NCBI GenBank assembly: GCA_037381445.1
Contig: JARRQT010000036.1
Span: 1-27,173, forward strand
DNA from: Calditrichia bacterium
Lineage (GTDB): Bacteria > Calditrichota > Calditrichia > RBG-13-44-9
Direction: 5' to 3'
Length of the DNA stretch: 27,173 nt
Part shown: positions 1-9,303 of the stretch, in pieces
Layout: every line of letters starts with the position of its first letter
Position numbering within the stretch: the first letter of the stretch is position 1
Translations under genes and position numbers: made by a program
Notes under the pieces: model-generated
Told to the model about the DNA's origin: nothing
The model's database searches: none
The model's input: the letters and a program-made list of their open reading frames with translations, nothing else

Positions 1-441
1 CCGAATCTGCAGGAGCAGTTCCTTGAATTCATTCCGAAGATACTTTACATCGGAAATCTGCAGATCGGTACAGTCCGCGGTAAGACCGCTGCGGGTGAAT
101 GAGGCCACCCTCGGCGCCAAGTCCCTTCCGACAAACGTGGCGCCGTACAGGACAATACGCGGTTGATATTTGGTAACCAGTTCATTCATCACCCGGCCAT
201 ACGGCAGCGTCTGATAATCTTTCAGCGCCGCATGGTCCACCACCAGCGCTTCTCCCGCGCCATAGCGAAAGGCTTCTTCCGCAACCGGCTTCACGTTGTG
301 CCCGATAACCACTGCTTTCAATTCCCCGGAAAGATTCTGCGCCAGTTTCCGCCCCTTGGAGAGCAGTTCCAGACTAACATCCGCTGGTTTGCCGTTCTTC
401 TGTTCAATAAAGACCCATACTTCTTTTGTATTCGTTTTCAT
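1..441 (-). CDS. etfA: Electron transfer flavoprotein alpha subunit, 5' part (runs off the window edge)
   Basis: Not in the ORF track. Manual translation from ATG at 441 gives MKTNTKEVWVFIEQKNGKPADVSLELLSKGRKLA...GATFVGRDLAPRVAS...GLTADCTDL, typical of an EtfA N-terminus. It lies 9 bp downstream of etfB. Confidence 0.93.
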   Translation of the reverse strand, partial: MKTNTKEVWVFIEQKNGKPADVSLELLSKGRKLAQNLSGELKAVVIGHNVKPVAEEAFRYGAGEALVVDHAALKDYQTLPYGRVMNELVTKYQPRIVLYGATFVGRDLAPRVASFTRSGLTADCTDLQISDVKYLRNEFKELLLQIR

Positions 442-450
442 AGCTGCCCT

Positions 451-1341
451 TTATCCAAAAATCCGATCTTCCATCAATTTATCGATTAAACTGCCGACGC
501 CTTCTTTGCTCGCCTCAAATTTTTCGTGCTCCCCGCCGCCAAGCACCACCGATTCCACTTTATAGACTTTGGTGGGAGAACCGCTCTGACCAATGCGCTG
601 TTCATCCAGCTTCAATTCATCCATCGTCAGGGTCGGGATAAACAATCCCCGGTTCTGATACTCCACCTTCAAATCATCGATATAGAGCAACGAGTTGGCG
701 TTTGCCAGTTCTTCCAGTTCCATCAGCGTGCGTGCATTTTTGTAGGCCATTACCCGTTTTGCTTTGAACGGGCGTGGTTCTGCCGCTTCCTTGATCACGG
801 TAACCAGCAGCGGAAGTCTGCTTTCCAGAATTTCAAAACCGCCGTCAATCCTTCTTTTGATTGTGATTTTATCCTTCTTCAGATCCATTACTCTGTCAGC
901 GTAGGTTATTTGAGGAATGCCAAGTTTTTCCGCGGTTTGGGGACCAACCTGGGCGGTGTCACCGTCAATGGCCTGCCGTCCGGCAAAAATCAGATCGAAA
1001 TCGCCGATTTTGCGGATGGCCTCGCTTAATACGTAGGACGTTGCCAGGGTATCGGCGCCCGCAAATTTTCTGTCACTAATCAAATAAGCTTCATCTGCCC
1101 CCATATAAAGGCACTCGCGCAGGACTTCGGACGCTTTGGGCGGCCCCATGCTGATCACCGTCACCTTTCCGCCGTAATTGTCCTTTACCTGCAGGGCGGT
1201 TTCCAGAGCAATTTTATCTTCGGGATTAAAAATAGCGGGTAATTTTCCGCGGTTTACCGTGCCGTCCGGCCGCATCACCTGCCCGGAAATATTCGCCGTA
1301 TCCGGCACCTGCTTAACCAATACAATAGAATGATAACTCAT
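451..1341 (-). CDS. etfB: Electron transfer flavoprotein beta subunit (FixA/EtfB)
   Basis: Motifs VKQVPDT, NPED..ALE.AL, SMGP, SDRKFAGADTLATS, GRQAIDGDTAQVGPQ and GSPT.V. RBS GAGG upstream. Confidence 0.96.
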   Translation of the reverse strand: MSYHSIVLVKQVPDTANISGQVMRPDGTVNRGKLPAIFNPEDKIALETALQVKDNYGGKVTVISMGPPKASEVLRECLYMGADEAYLISDRKFAGADTLATSYVLSEAIRKIGDFDLIFAGRQAIDGDTAQVGPQTAEKLGIPQITYADRVMDLKKDKITIKRRIDGGFEILESRLPLLVTVIKEAAEPRPFKAKRVMAYKNARTLMELEELANANSLLYIDDLKVEYQNRGLFIPTLTMDELKLDEQRIGQSGSPTKVYKVESVVLGGGEHEKFEASKEGVGSLIDKLMEDRIFG

Positions 1342-1716
1342 ATATTTGCCTCATATCCTCAGTTAAAAGAAAAGAATATAAAAACAAAGCATTCGAAAAT
1401 GAACATGAAATGTTTTTTTCGATGATTTTTTCTGCCAGTAATTTTCCGATTCGCTTTTCGCCAGAGGATATCGAACGCCTCGGAGTAAAATAGGCCTGCC
1501 TCTTTTTGCTGCAACCCGCTAAAGGATTTTCAGAGCGGAAACCAGCCATAAGTCATAGAATTTGGCATATTATATGAAACGTAACAAATACCTGTCAACC
1601 CATATCCAGGAAAGCATATTCCAGGCGGAAATAGGACCACGGGCGAAGCGGCACTTTATTTTTCGCTACTCCGCTCGCGGATTCAAACTTCGGGGTTCTG
1701 TTGAAGAGAAACCGAT

Positions 1717-3651
1717 CTATTTTTTAAGATGGTCATCAAACCAGCGTTTGGAACGGCGCGCTTCATCCAAGGCGTGATTCGGCTCCCGGCTGATGCCGTG
1801 GCCTTCGCGCGGGTATATCACGAATTTCACCTCACGGCCCAGAGTATTCAGAGCCTGATACATCTCCTGTGAATTGGCCAGGTTAGTATAGCGGTCCTGG
1901 GTGCCATGGAGAATAAGCACCGGCGTATGAATATTGGTCACATAAAATGCCGGCGAATAGGCAATATAGTGATTTCCCATATCGATCGGCTTCTCCCAGT
2001 AATAGATGCCGAAATACATTTTTTCGAAGGCCGGCTGCCAGGAGTTGCTCCAGTCCGTAAGCCAGCTGAAAATGCCGAATTCGGAAACAGCCGCAGCGAA
2101 ACGGTTGTTCTGAGAGATGATCCAGTTGGTCATATACCCTCCGTAGCTGCCGCCAATGACTCCCATGCGGGTGGAATCGATATAACCTTCTTTAACAATG
2201 GCATCCACTCCTGCCATGATATCCTCGTACTCCCCACCTCCCATATGTCCGCCCATTTTATACCAGATTGCATTGCTGAAGGCATCGCTGTAACCGCTGC
2301 CGTAAGGACCGCCATGAACCGTCAGCACCAGCGGATATTTTTTATTCGGATCGAAATCGGGCGGAAAGAATAGAATCCCCTCGATCTGCTTTCCATCGGT
2401 ATTCTTCCATGTATACAGTTTCTGGGTGCCGAAATTGTAAGGTTTTAATTGGGCGGAAAAATCGGACAGCAAAAGCTGTTTTCCCTTTTGAATAGAGGCA
2501 ATTTCCGGCAGATGGGTCCCGTCTTCCCACAGATAAAAAAGAGCATTCTTTTTGCCCGCAAGATGAATATCCAGCGCATTTCCCCCATCAGGGTTCAGCA
2601 CAGCATAGCGTTTTTTCTGAGCCAGGTAATTGAACTGATACAGCGGTGTCAGTGTGCCCTCCGCAACCTGAATCACAAACGATTTACCATCCGGTTTCCA
2701 TTTGTAATCGGTCACGGAAAGATTCAGATCGCGGGTAAGCGTGGCTGTATCGGGCTGGGCCACTCCCGGTGAAAAGCGGATGCGCGCCAGATCGGTCTCG
2801 GCAAACTCAACATCCGGGGTGGTTTGATTGATGTAGGCAATCCAGCGGTCATCCGGAGAGAATCTCGGTTGGGTTTCTGGTCCGGGGAAATTGGTCAACT
2901 GCTGCTTATCGGCGGAGGAAATATTGACCAGCCACAAATCATATTTTTGTTCATCATTGTAGGAGCCGGTATAATTGGTTTGATAAACGATCCACTGACC
3001 ATCATGCGAAAGCGAGAATCGATCCACTCCGGGATCCAGCTCCACCAGCCGTTTCACCTTGCTATTGCTGAAATTCAGGGTCCAGAAAACCTTGTTTTCC
3101 TTCACGCTGTCCTTTACTACCGCATCAAATTTCAACCGTTCATTCCGCTCTTCCCGTTTCTGAACGTCTTCCGGTTTTTCGGCGGTGGAAAGCAGAACAA
3201 TAAATTTTCCATCGTCACTCCAGCGATAATCTTCCACGCCGTTTTCCAGCCCGGTAAGACGCCGGGCTTCACCGCCGGCCATGGGCAGTGCCCACAACTG
3301 GGGTGTGCCGGATTTCTTTTCATTTTTATCATTCACATATTCCCTTCCGGAAAGAAACGTCACCCATTTCCCGTCCGGCGACCACCGGGGTGAATAATCG
3401 CTGACCTCGTCATAGGTCAGGCGCCGGGGTTCTGCATTGGCCGAAGGCATATACCATAACTGCGTCTGCCAGCGGCTGTCTTCGAAGTTTGCGCTGCGGA
3501 TAGTAAAAACGAACTGACCGCCGTCCGGACTGACCGCCAGGTCTCGCGGGTATTTAAATTTCATAAAATCTTTGATGGTGATTTTCTCTGCGGCGTGAAG
3601 AAGAAATGGAAACATGAAAATAAAGAGCGTTACAGTGAGGAAACGTTTCAT
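1717..3651 (-). CDS. Secreted S9-family (prolyl oligopeptidase / acylaminoacyl) peptidase with PD40-type beta-propeller; appears to carry an internal deletion
   Basis: Signal peptide MKRFLTVTLFIFMFPFLLHA from ATG 3651 with GGAGG RBS, preferred over the track's start at 3693. Repeats PRWSPDG and PRFSPDD. Catalytic motifs HGGP, GGSYGG (Ser), HGTQD (Asp) and EGHG (His). Confidence 0.92.
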   Translation of the reverse strand: MKRFLTVTLFIFMFPFLLHAAEKITIKDFMKFKYPRDLAVSPDGGQFVFTIRSANFEDSRWQTQLWYMPSANAEPRRLTYDEVSDYSPRWSPDGKWVTFLSGREYVNDKNEKKSGTPQLWALPMAGGEARRLTGLENGVEDYRWSDDGKFIVLLSTAEKPEDVQKREERNERLKFDAVVKDSVKENKVFWTLNFSNSKVKRLVELDPGVDRFSLSHDGQWIVYQTNYTGSYNDEQKYDLWLVNISSADKQQLTNFPGPETQPRFSPDDRWIAYINQTTPDVEFAETDLARIRFSPGVAQPDTATLTRDLNLSVTDYKWKPDGKSFVIQVAEGTLTPLYQFNYLAQKKRYAVLNPDGGNALDIHLAGKKNALFYLWEDGTHLPEIASIQKGKQLLLSDFSAQLKPYNFGTQKLYTWKNTDGKQIEGILFFPPDFDPNKKYPLVLTVHGGPYGSGYSDAFSNAIWYKMGGHMGGGEYEDIMAGVDAIVKEGYIDSTRMGVIGGSYGGYMTNWIISQNNRFAAAVSEFGIFSWLTDWSNSWQPAFEKMYFGIYYWEKPIDMGNHYIAYSPAFYVTNIHTPVLILHGTQDRYTNLANSQEMYQALNTLGREVKFVIYPREGHGISREPNHALDEARRSKRWFDDHLKK

Positions 3652-3814
3652 TTTGACCTCCCAATAGTGGTTTAATTTTTCAGGTTCTGCCAAATCCGGC
3701 GTCTAATTACCGGGTTGTAGTGGTCGGACAGGAAACCGCGGGCTCGCACGACTTGTACGTCGGTGATCCCGGAGTCACGCAGTACCGCATCCCGAAATCT
3801 ATTTGGGAATATCA

Positions 3815-4567
3815 TTATTTCTTGAAAATAAAGGCGTGATTTTCAAAGGCTTTCAAATTGCTGAAGCGGCCCCAGTTTTTGTAATAAACCTCCCTGTAAC
3901 CCAGCCGCCGCATGGTTGCCCGCAAATCGCCATCCGTAATGCCCCATTGCCACACATTGTGAATATCCTTCCAGGGCCGGTTATGCTCCGGATTGATCTC
4001 TTCTTTATGACTATGGATAAAATCGTATAATCCATCCTTGCGGCGGGGGGCCAGTTCCCTGTATTTATCCAGCGGCAGATCCATCAGCCGGATTGTCCTT
4101 TTGGCACCGATAAACTGCTGGTTGTAAATGACGAAGCAGTCGGATACGGCAGAATATTTTTCCAGAATCACATCCCAGTTGGGATTCACCTGATGCAGCA
4201 AGACGTCAAAAAAATAGACGGCATCTACCCGCTCAATTTTGTCAATGACCGAATCCAACGCAAAATTTCCTTCAATTTTGGCCAATTGGCTGAATTTTTT
4301 CAGCTTGCTGTTCACTTTGTCATTGTAATTGGTATCCACCAGGAAAGCTTTTTGAATGGGGTAATTTTTCAGCGTAAAGATGGTATATCCGGCATCCACT
4401 TTCCATACGCCGCCCAAATCCGCAAAGGAAGTCGGGTTCCGGAGAACATTATCGAATGCATAGCGGATCAGCCCGATTTTTTCCCTGTCCACATAAATAT
4501 TCAGTCCCTGCAGCAGGCTCTCATAATTCCGCGATGCCTTTTTGATTTTTCTGATCATATTCTTCAT
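3815..4567 (-). CDS. Putative class I SAM-dependent methyltransferase-like protein
   Basis: ADLGGVW (motif I-like), FLVD, IEGNF and VDAVYFFDVLLH (motif IV-like). GGGAG RBS. Confidence 0.6.
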   Translation of the reverse strand: MKNMIRKIKKASRNYESLLQGLNIYVDREKIGLIRYAFDNVLRNPTSFADLGGVWKVDAGYTIFTLKNYPIQKAFLVDTNYNDKVNSKLKKFSQLAKIEGNFALDSVIDKIERVDAVYFFDVLLHQVNPNWDVILEKYSAVSDCFVIYNQQFIGAKRTIRLMDLPLDKYRELAPRRKDGLYDFIHSHKEEINPEHNRPWKDIHNVWQWGITDGDLRATMRRLGYREVYYKNWGRFSNLKAFENHAFIFKK

Positions 4568-4873
4568 CTTGTTATCCGACTCCCCTCTGAATTAAGTCCG
4601 TTCAAAAACGCAGCCCGATCCTTTCTGCGGCGGCCAAAGCAAAAATTTAATGAAGTTGTTTGGCAATTACAACGCCGGTATATTTTTCAAAAGAAGCCAA
4701 AGTCTCAAGAGACTTTCAATTCAGGTAACTCCGGCAATATCCCATTCGCGTATTTGGATAAACAAGAGAAGACCACAGAAAACTGATTTAAATAGTTCTT
4801 TATTTTTTCCTTAAAAAGATTATATTTCCCCGCTCAGATAAATGACAAGTTAGATTGAAAGGAGATCATTGGA

Positions 4874-6010
4874 ATGGAATATTACAGACACGGCAGAACC
4901 CTGGTGCCCATGGGCGGGGTATTCGACGATGCGGATTCTGCCATACAATTCGCGGCGGAATTTGAAACGGGTGTGCGCACCGAACAGGTGAAATCGTTGC
5001 AATTCACGGTAAATGAAGACGGCTACCTCAACATATTCATCGGGGAGGAACCTTTTTTCCTGACTTATCCCGCTCTTAAGGACGTGTGCCGCATGTTGAA
5101 ACTGCCCGCTTCGTTCATCAATAAATTTCCTCCCAGCGGCCTGATGCTGGAGAATCTGAATCAGAACCCCTATAAAAAGGAAGATGCGCACACCATCAAA
5201 TTAATTACCTGGAAATGGGAAGAAAACCAGGTGATCGCCGGTTTTCTGCCGATGGAAGTGCCCCACATTCCCATCGGTGAATATCTCACCACGCTGAAAG
5301 ACGAAGGCGTTTTCAACCGCGACGATGCCAAACTGGATTCAATCGTGGTCAACGGTGAGGAGGTTGTGCTCTATTTTCTGCTGCCCGAAGAGATGGCCCA
5401 GGAAGGTTTCAGTTTCAATGCCGGTTACTCGCTGCACTACTGCCCGGCCCAGACCAACGATACCGTCATTTATCCCTTCTACCATATGGCAGTAACCACC
5501 CAGACCGGCGAACTGTTTGATTTCGATTTTGAATCTGCAAAGAAACTGCATATCGCAAAACGCAAGAAGAAGGATTTCGAACAGGTCACCATGGAATTGT
5601 CCACCCAATATGCGGGCGAAGACCTTGGGGTAGATTTTGAGAATAATCTGAAGCGCGGAATTACCGCCCGGCGGTTGTCATCCCTGAAGTTTGCCCTGCT
5701 GAAAACCTTAAAATCGCGCGCCACTTCCATATACAGCTACAACGGAATTAAAGTGGAAACCGGTGCGATTGTGGAGGAGGTGGTCCCGGAATTCAAACAG
5801 TTTGTGCAATCCCACCGGGAGCAGCTTAAAACAAAAGAGAATTATGAAACTAACAGCATGGCGGTGGATTTTTATCTTCCGCTGTTTTATAACCGGATTT
5901 TCACTTTCCGGTCCAGCAGCGAAAATCCCTATTTTTTCGTCCGTTACCGGCGCTCCATCGGAAAAATGTTTGATAAAATACTTGAAGAAACGGGAGACAT
6001 TATTCTCTGA
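4874..6010 (+). CDS. Hypothetical 378-aa protein, divergent DUF932-like
   Basis: Long ORF with AGGAG RBS. LTYPALKDVCRMLKLPASFINKFP..LMLENLN resembles the N-terminal pattern of phage/plasmid DUF932 proteins (by eye). The CDS call is solid; the family call is tentative. Confidence 0.6.
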   Translation: MEYYRHGRTLVPMGGVFDDADSAIQFAAEFETGVRTEQVKSLQFTVNEDGYLNIFIGEEPFFLTYPALKDVCRMLKLPASFINKFPPSGLMLENLNQNPYKKEDAHTIKLITWKWEENQVIAGFLPMEVPHIPIGEYLTTLKDEGVFNRDDAKLDSIVVNGEEVVLYFLLPEEMAQEGFSFNAGYSLHYCPAQTNDTVIYPFYHMAVTTQTGELFDFDFESAKKLHIAKRKKKDFEQVTMELSTQYAGEDLGVDFENNLKRGITARRLSSLKFALLKTLKSRATSIYSYNGIKVETGAIVEEVVPEFKQFVQSHREQLKTKENYETNSMAVDFYLPLFYNRIFTFRSSSENPYFFVRYRRSIGKMFDKILEETGDIIL

Positions 6011-6078
6011 GAATTAAAACTCTCCGAACTTTATTCTGCTGGTGCAGCAATTTGACCAGCTTTTATCATTAACAAACG

Positions 6079-6112
6079 AAAAAAGGCAGATATTGAAATA
6101 CCTGCCTTTTTT
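6079..6112. terminator. Bidirectional rho-independent terminator between the 378-aa gene and tRNA-Ser
   Basis: AAAAAAGGCAG-ATATTGAAATAC-CTGCCTTTTTT hairpin with T-tracts on both strands, between convergent genes. Confidence 0.85.
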
Positions 6113-6115
6113 ATT

Positions 6116-6202
<87 letters not shown>

Positions 6203-6225
6203 TGAGGATATTACGTCTCTATATT

Positions 6226-6267
6226 AAAGACCAAATTTAAAACAAAAAAGACCAAATTTAAAACAAA
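6226..6267. repeat. Perfect 21-bp tandem duplication upstream of tRNA-Ser
   Basis: AAAGACCAAATTTAAAACAAA at 6226-6246 and 6247-6267. Confidence 0.92.
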
Positions 6268-6284
6268 CTCATTTATGAAAATCA

Positions 6285-6749
6285 CTAATTGGTTTCACGC
6301 AGCTTGCGGAAAAAATCCGATAAAATCAGAGAACATTTACTTTCCAGAACACCGCTGATAACCTCGGCATGGTGATTGAGCCGCTGATCCTGCACAATAT
6401 TGTAGAGCGTCCCGCATGCACCTGCTTTCGAATCAGGTGCGCCATAGACCAGCAGGGGTATTCTGGCAAGGACAATGGCGCCGGCGCACATGGCGCAGGG
6501 TTCCAGGGTGACATATAACGCCGTATCCAGGAGCCGCCTCGATCCCAGATAATCGGCTGCGGCCGTAATAGCCATCATTTCCGCGTGGGCCGTGGGTTCC
6601 TGTAACGTCTCCGTTAAATTATGTCCGCGACCGATAACCTTATTTTCATAGACCACAACTGCGCCAATAGGAACCTCTCCCTTTTCGTAGGCTTTTTCGG
6701 CTTCGCGAAAAGCCAGTTCCATCCAGTAATCATGATCTAAATTTAGCAT
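6285..6749 (-). CDS. tadA: tRNA adenosine(34) deaminase
   Basis: GEVPIGAV, PTAHAE, LYVTLEPCAMCAGA and FFRKLR motifs. It sits directly upstream of tRNA-Ser. Confidence 0.96.
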   Translation of the reverse strand: MLNLDHDYWMELAFREAEKAYEKGEVPIGAVVVYENKVIGRGHNLTETLQEPTAHAEMMAITAAADYLGSRRLLDTALYVTLEPCAMCAGAIVLARIPLLVYGAPDSKAGACGTLYNIVQDQRLNHHAEVISGVLESKCSLILSDFFRKLRETN

Positions 6750-6878
6750 ACCAAATATTGAAAAAGGGCAAATTCCCGCTTATTAAATACAAACCTTAAA
6801 AAAACCGGGGCAAAAATAATACATTTTACATGGTAAATCAATGATAAAAGAAGATTCTGATTTTCGCCCTTTTATATC

Positions 6879-7433
6879 TCAGTAATCCACGCCGGGCTGA
6901 GCCAATATTCCCTGCTGGAAAGGATGTTTGATTTCGGTCATCTCAGTGACCAGGTCTGCGGCCTCGATTATTTCTGGTGCCGCACTCCGTCCCGTCAATA
7001 CCACATGCAGGTAGGAAGGTCGGATGCGCACCACCTCCAGAACCGCTTCCGGCGTGATCAGTTTTTCTTTTATCGCCACATTCACCTCATCCATGATGAT
7101 GAGGTCATAATCCTTATCCAACTGTTCCCTGATATATTCCAGGGTTTTGCGGGCCGCTTCTTCGTGTTCTTTGCGCGGCTTTTTATCTCCCATAATGCCC
7201 ACAAAGCCTTTTCCCATTCGTACCAGTTCCAGGTTGGGCTCCAGCTTTTTGTAGCCTTCCAGCTCTCCGTAAACCCAATCCCCTTTTATAAACTGCACCA
7301 TCAGGATTTTCCAGTTGTAGCCCGCCGCCCGGACAGCCATTCCCAAAGCAGCCGTTGTTTTTCCTTTTCCATTGCCGGTATAAACAATCATCAGGCCCCT
7401 GCGTTTGTCCCTGGGAATTTCAGGTAAAGTCAT
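6879..7433 (-). CDS. cobO: Cob(I)yrinic acid a,c-diamide adenosyltransferase (CobO/BtuR)
   Basis: YTGNGKGKTTAALG, VQFIKG, DE, VLTGR and ADLVTEMTEIKHPF motifs. Confidence 0.95.
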   Translation of the reverse strand: MTLPEIPRDKRRGLMIVYTGNGKGKTTAALGMAVRAAGYNWKILMVQFIKGDWVYGELEGYKKLEPNLELVRMGKGFVGIMGDKKPRKEHEEAARKTLEYIREQLDKDYDLIIMDEVNVAIKEKLITPEAVLEVVRIRPSYLHVVLTGRSAAPEIIEAADLVTEMTEIKHPFQQGILAQPGVDY

Positions 7434-7530
7434 ATCACTGCCTCCTTTATAGATGAATCAAAACAGAGCCTATAATACAAATAATAACAATGAAATGAAA
7501 GAATAGAAATGACTATTGTCCGAAAAAGTA

Positions 7531-9303
7531 TCAGATAATTGGAAATTCCACCCGGAAAAGACTGCCCTTCCCCGGTTCGCTTTCCACTTCAATTTTTCCT
7601 TCCAGCAATTCAACAATGTGCCTGACGATTGACAGCCCCAGGCCGGTTCCCTGAACATAACTGCTCCGCGCTGCTTCCACGCGATAAAATCTTTCGAAAA
7701 TTCGCTCCCTTTGCTCTTTTGTAAAACCGACACCGGTATCCTGAACTTCAATTCTAAGATATTCATGCTCAACTTTAATCCGCAGCCAGACGCTTCCTTC
7801 CGGATGATTGTACTGAAGCGCATTCATTATCAGATTGGACAGCAGGGTATGCAGCAGATTTGCACTTGCCCGGATAAAAATATCTTTTTCAAAATCCATG
7901 ATTTCAAAATCGAATTTCATTTTGCGCGACCGCGAAATGTGCATAAACTCCTCTGCCACCTCCTGGATGTCCGGGATTGGATTAATTCTGTCAATCGTAG
8001 TGATCTCGTTCTTTTCGATACGGGATAGCTGAAGCAGATCGGTCACCAAATTTTCCAGGTGTTCGGTCCGACTCACAATCTTTTCCAGAAACTTTTTCCT
8101 GAGTTCACGATCTTCAGCCATTTCCGAGAGCAGCGTCTCCGCATAACCTCGTATGGAGGTAAGCGGCGTTTTAAATTCGTGGCTTACATTGGCCACAAAA
8201 TCCTGCCGTATGGTTTCCAGCTGCTGCAGTTGTGTCACATCCCGCAGGGTTACCAAAAAGCCGCTGTCCTCCCTCGGATTGAATTTCAGAGGCAGAATCT
8301 TGTATTCGATAAATGAATCACCATAATATTTCAATCGTCTTTTTATGGGCTCCCGCTTTTCCAGATAGCTTTCTATGTCCTGGATGAGCGGAGGGAAGTG
8401 CACCCAGTCATAGAACGGCCGGGTGTGGTCTGCGCCATCTTTTAATTTCAGGATATCGATAAAAGATCGGTTGTTAAGCAGCGGGAGGCCATCAAAGTCG
8501 AATGCCGCCACACCTTCATCCAGCGAGTCAAAGATATTCAGGAGGAGCTGCTGATCGGAAACCAGTTCTTCGCGGGCAATCTGCAGTTTTTCCCCGATGG
8601 CGTTGATATCAGCCTTTATGCGGTCCATCTCCTCATATTTCTGATCGGGGAGCATCTGATAGTCCGGTGCTTCCTTTTGCCCGATCAGCGGCGTTCTGAG
8701 ATTCTCCATCTGCCGGGTTAACCAGTTCCAGTACAACAGAACAGCCCCGATGACGACTACGATAAGAAATAAATTGATGCGGGCAATCAGACCGGTCACA
8801 TAGGCCATTCTGTTTCGAAATTCAGGATATAGCAGCGCGAAGCGGATAAAACCAATCACCCGTCCGTTTTCCCGGATAGGCTCGGCATAATAGAGCAGTT
8901 CCTGGCCGATGGTGGCACTGTTTCTTATGGCCAGACCGGAGCCGGTGCGCAAAGCCTGCTGCAATTCCTTGCGGTTGAGGTGATTCTCCACATTATTCAG
9001 TTCATCAATGGGGATTTCAGAATCAGCCAGCACTTCTCCCTGTTTCCCGATAAGCGTTGTCCGCATTCCGGTAAGATTTTTGATCTCGTCAGTGAATTGC
9101 TTTAACCGGACCCGGTCCCTGTTCTCAAGCGCTTTATCATCAATCAGTCCCAAAGAGAGGGCCGCTTTTTCATGCAGATCCTGGCGAATGCCATTCAACA
9201 AAAAAGTCCGGGTATGATTCCAGGTGTACAAATCTATGACGATCAGCGTGAAGACTGTGGTCAGAATTGTAAAAAGCAATGTTCGTGAGGATATCTTGCT
9301 CAT
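7531..9303 (-). CDS. PhoR-like membrane sensor histidine kinase (2 TM, periplasmic domain, PAS, HisKA, HATPase)
   Basis: DFVANVSHEFKTPLTSIRGYAETL H-box, NLIMNALQY, DTGVG, IFERFYRV and GTGLGLSIV. Periplasmic ENHLNRKE pattern as in PhoR-like kinases. ATG 9303 (MSKISS, just before TM1) is preferred over 9453. Confidence 0.9.
   Translation of the reverse strand: MSKISSRTLLFTILTTVFTLIVIDLYTWNHTRTFLLNGIRQDLHEKAALSLGLIDDKALENRDRVRLKQFTDEIKNLTGMRTTLIGKQGEVLADSEIPIDELNNVENHLNRKELQQALRTGSGLAIRNSATIGQELLYYAEPIRENGRVIGFIRFALLYPEFRNRMAYVTGLIARINLFLIVVVIGAVLLYWNWLTRQMENLRTPLIGQKEAPDYQMLPDQKYEEMDRIKADINAIGEKLQIAREELVSDQQLLLNIFDSLDEGVAAFDFDGLPLLNNRSFIDILKLKDGADHTRPFYDWVHFPPLIQDIESYLEKREPIKRRLKYYGDSFIEYKILPLKFNPREDSGFLVTLRDVTQLQQLETIRQDFVANVSHEFKTPLTSIRGYAETLLSEMAEDRELRKKFLEKIVSRTEHLENLVTDLLQLSRIEKNEITTIDRINPIPDIQEVAEEFMHISRSRKMKFDFEIMDFEKDIFIRASANLLHTLLSNLIMNALQYNHPEGSVWLRIKVEHEYLRIEVQDTGVGFTKEQRERIFERFYRVEAARSSYVQGTGLGLSIVRHIVELLEGKIEVESEPGKGSLFRVEFPII

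Noticed and set aside
1345..1715. Possible riboswitch or leader upstream of etfB
   Set aside because: No FMN or other riboswitch consensus recognised; the small ORFs here lack support.
6879..7433. cobO as evidence of a cobalamin biosynthesis cluster or B12 riboswitch
   Set aside because: Stand-alone cobO is common; no other cob genes or B12-box seen.
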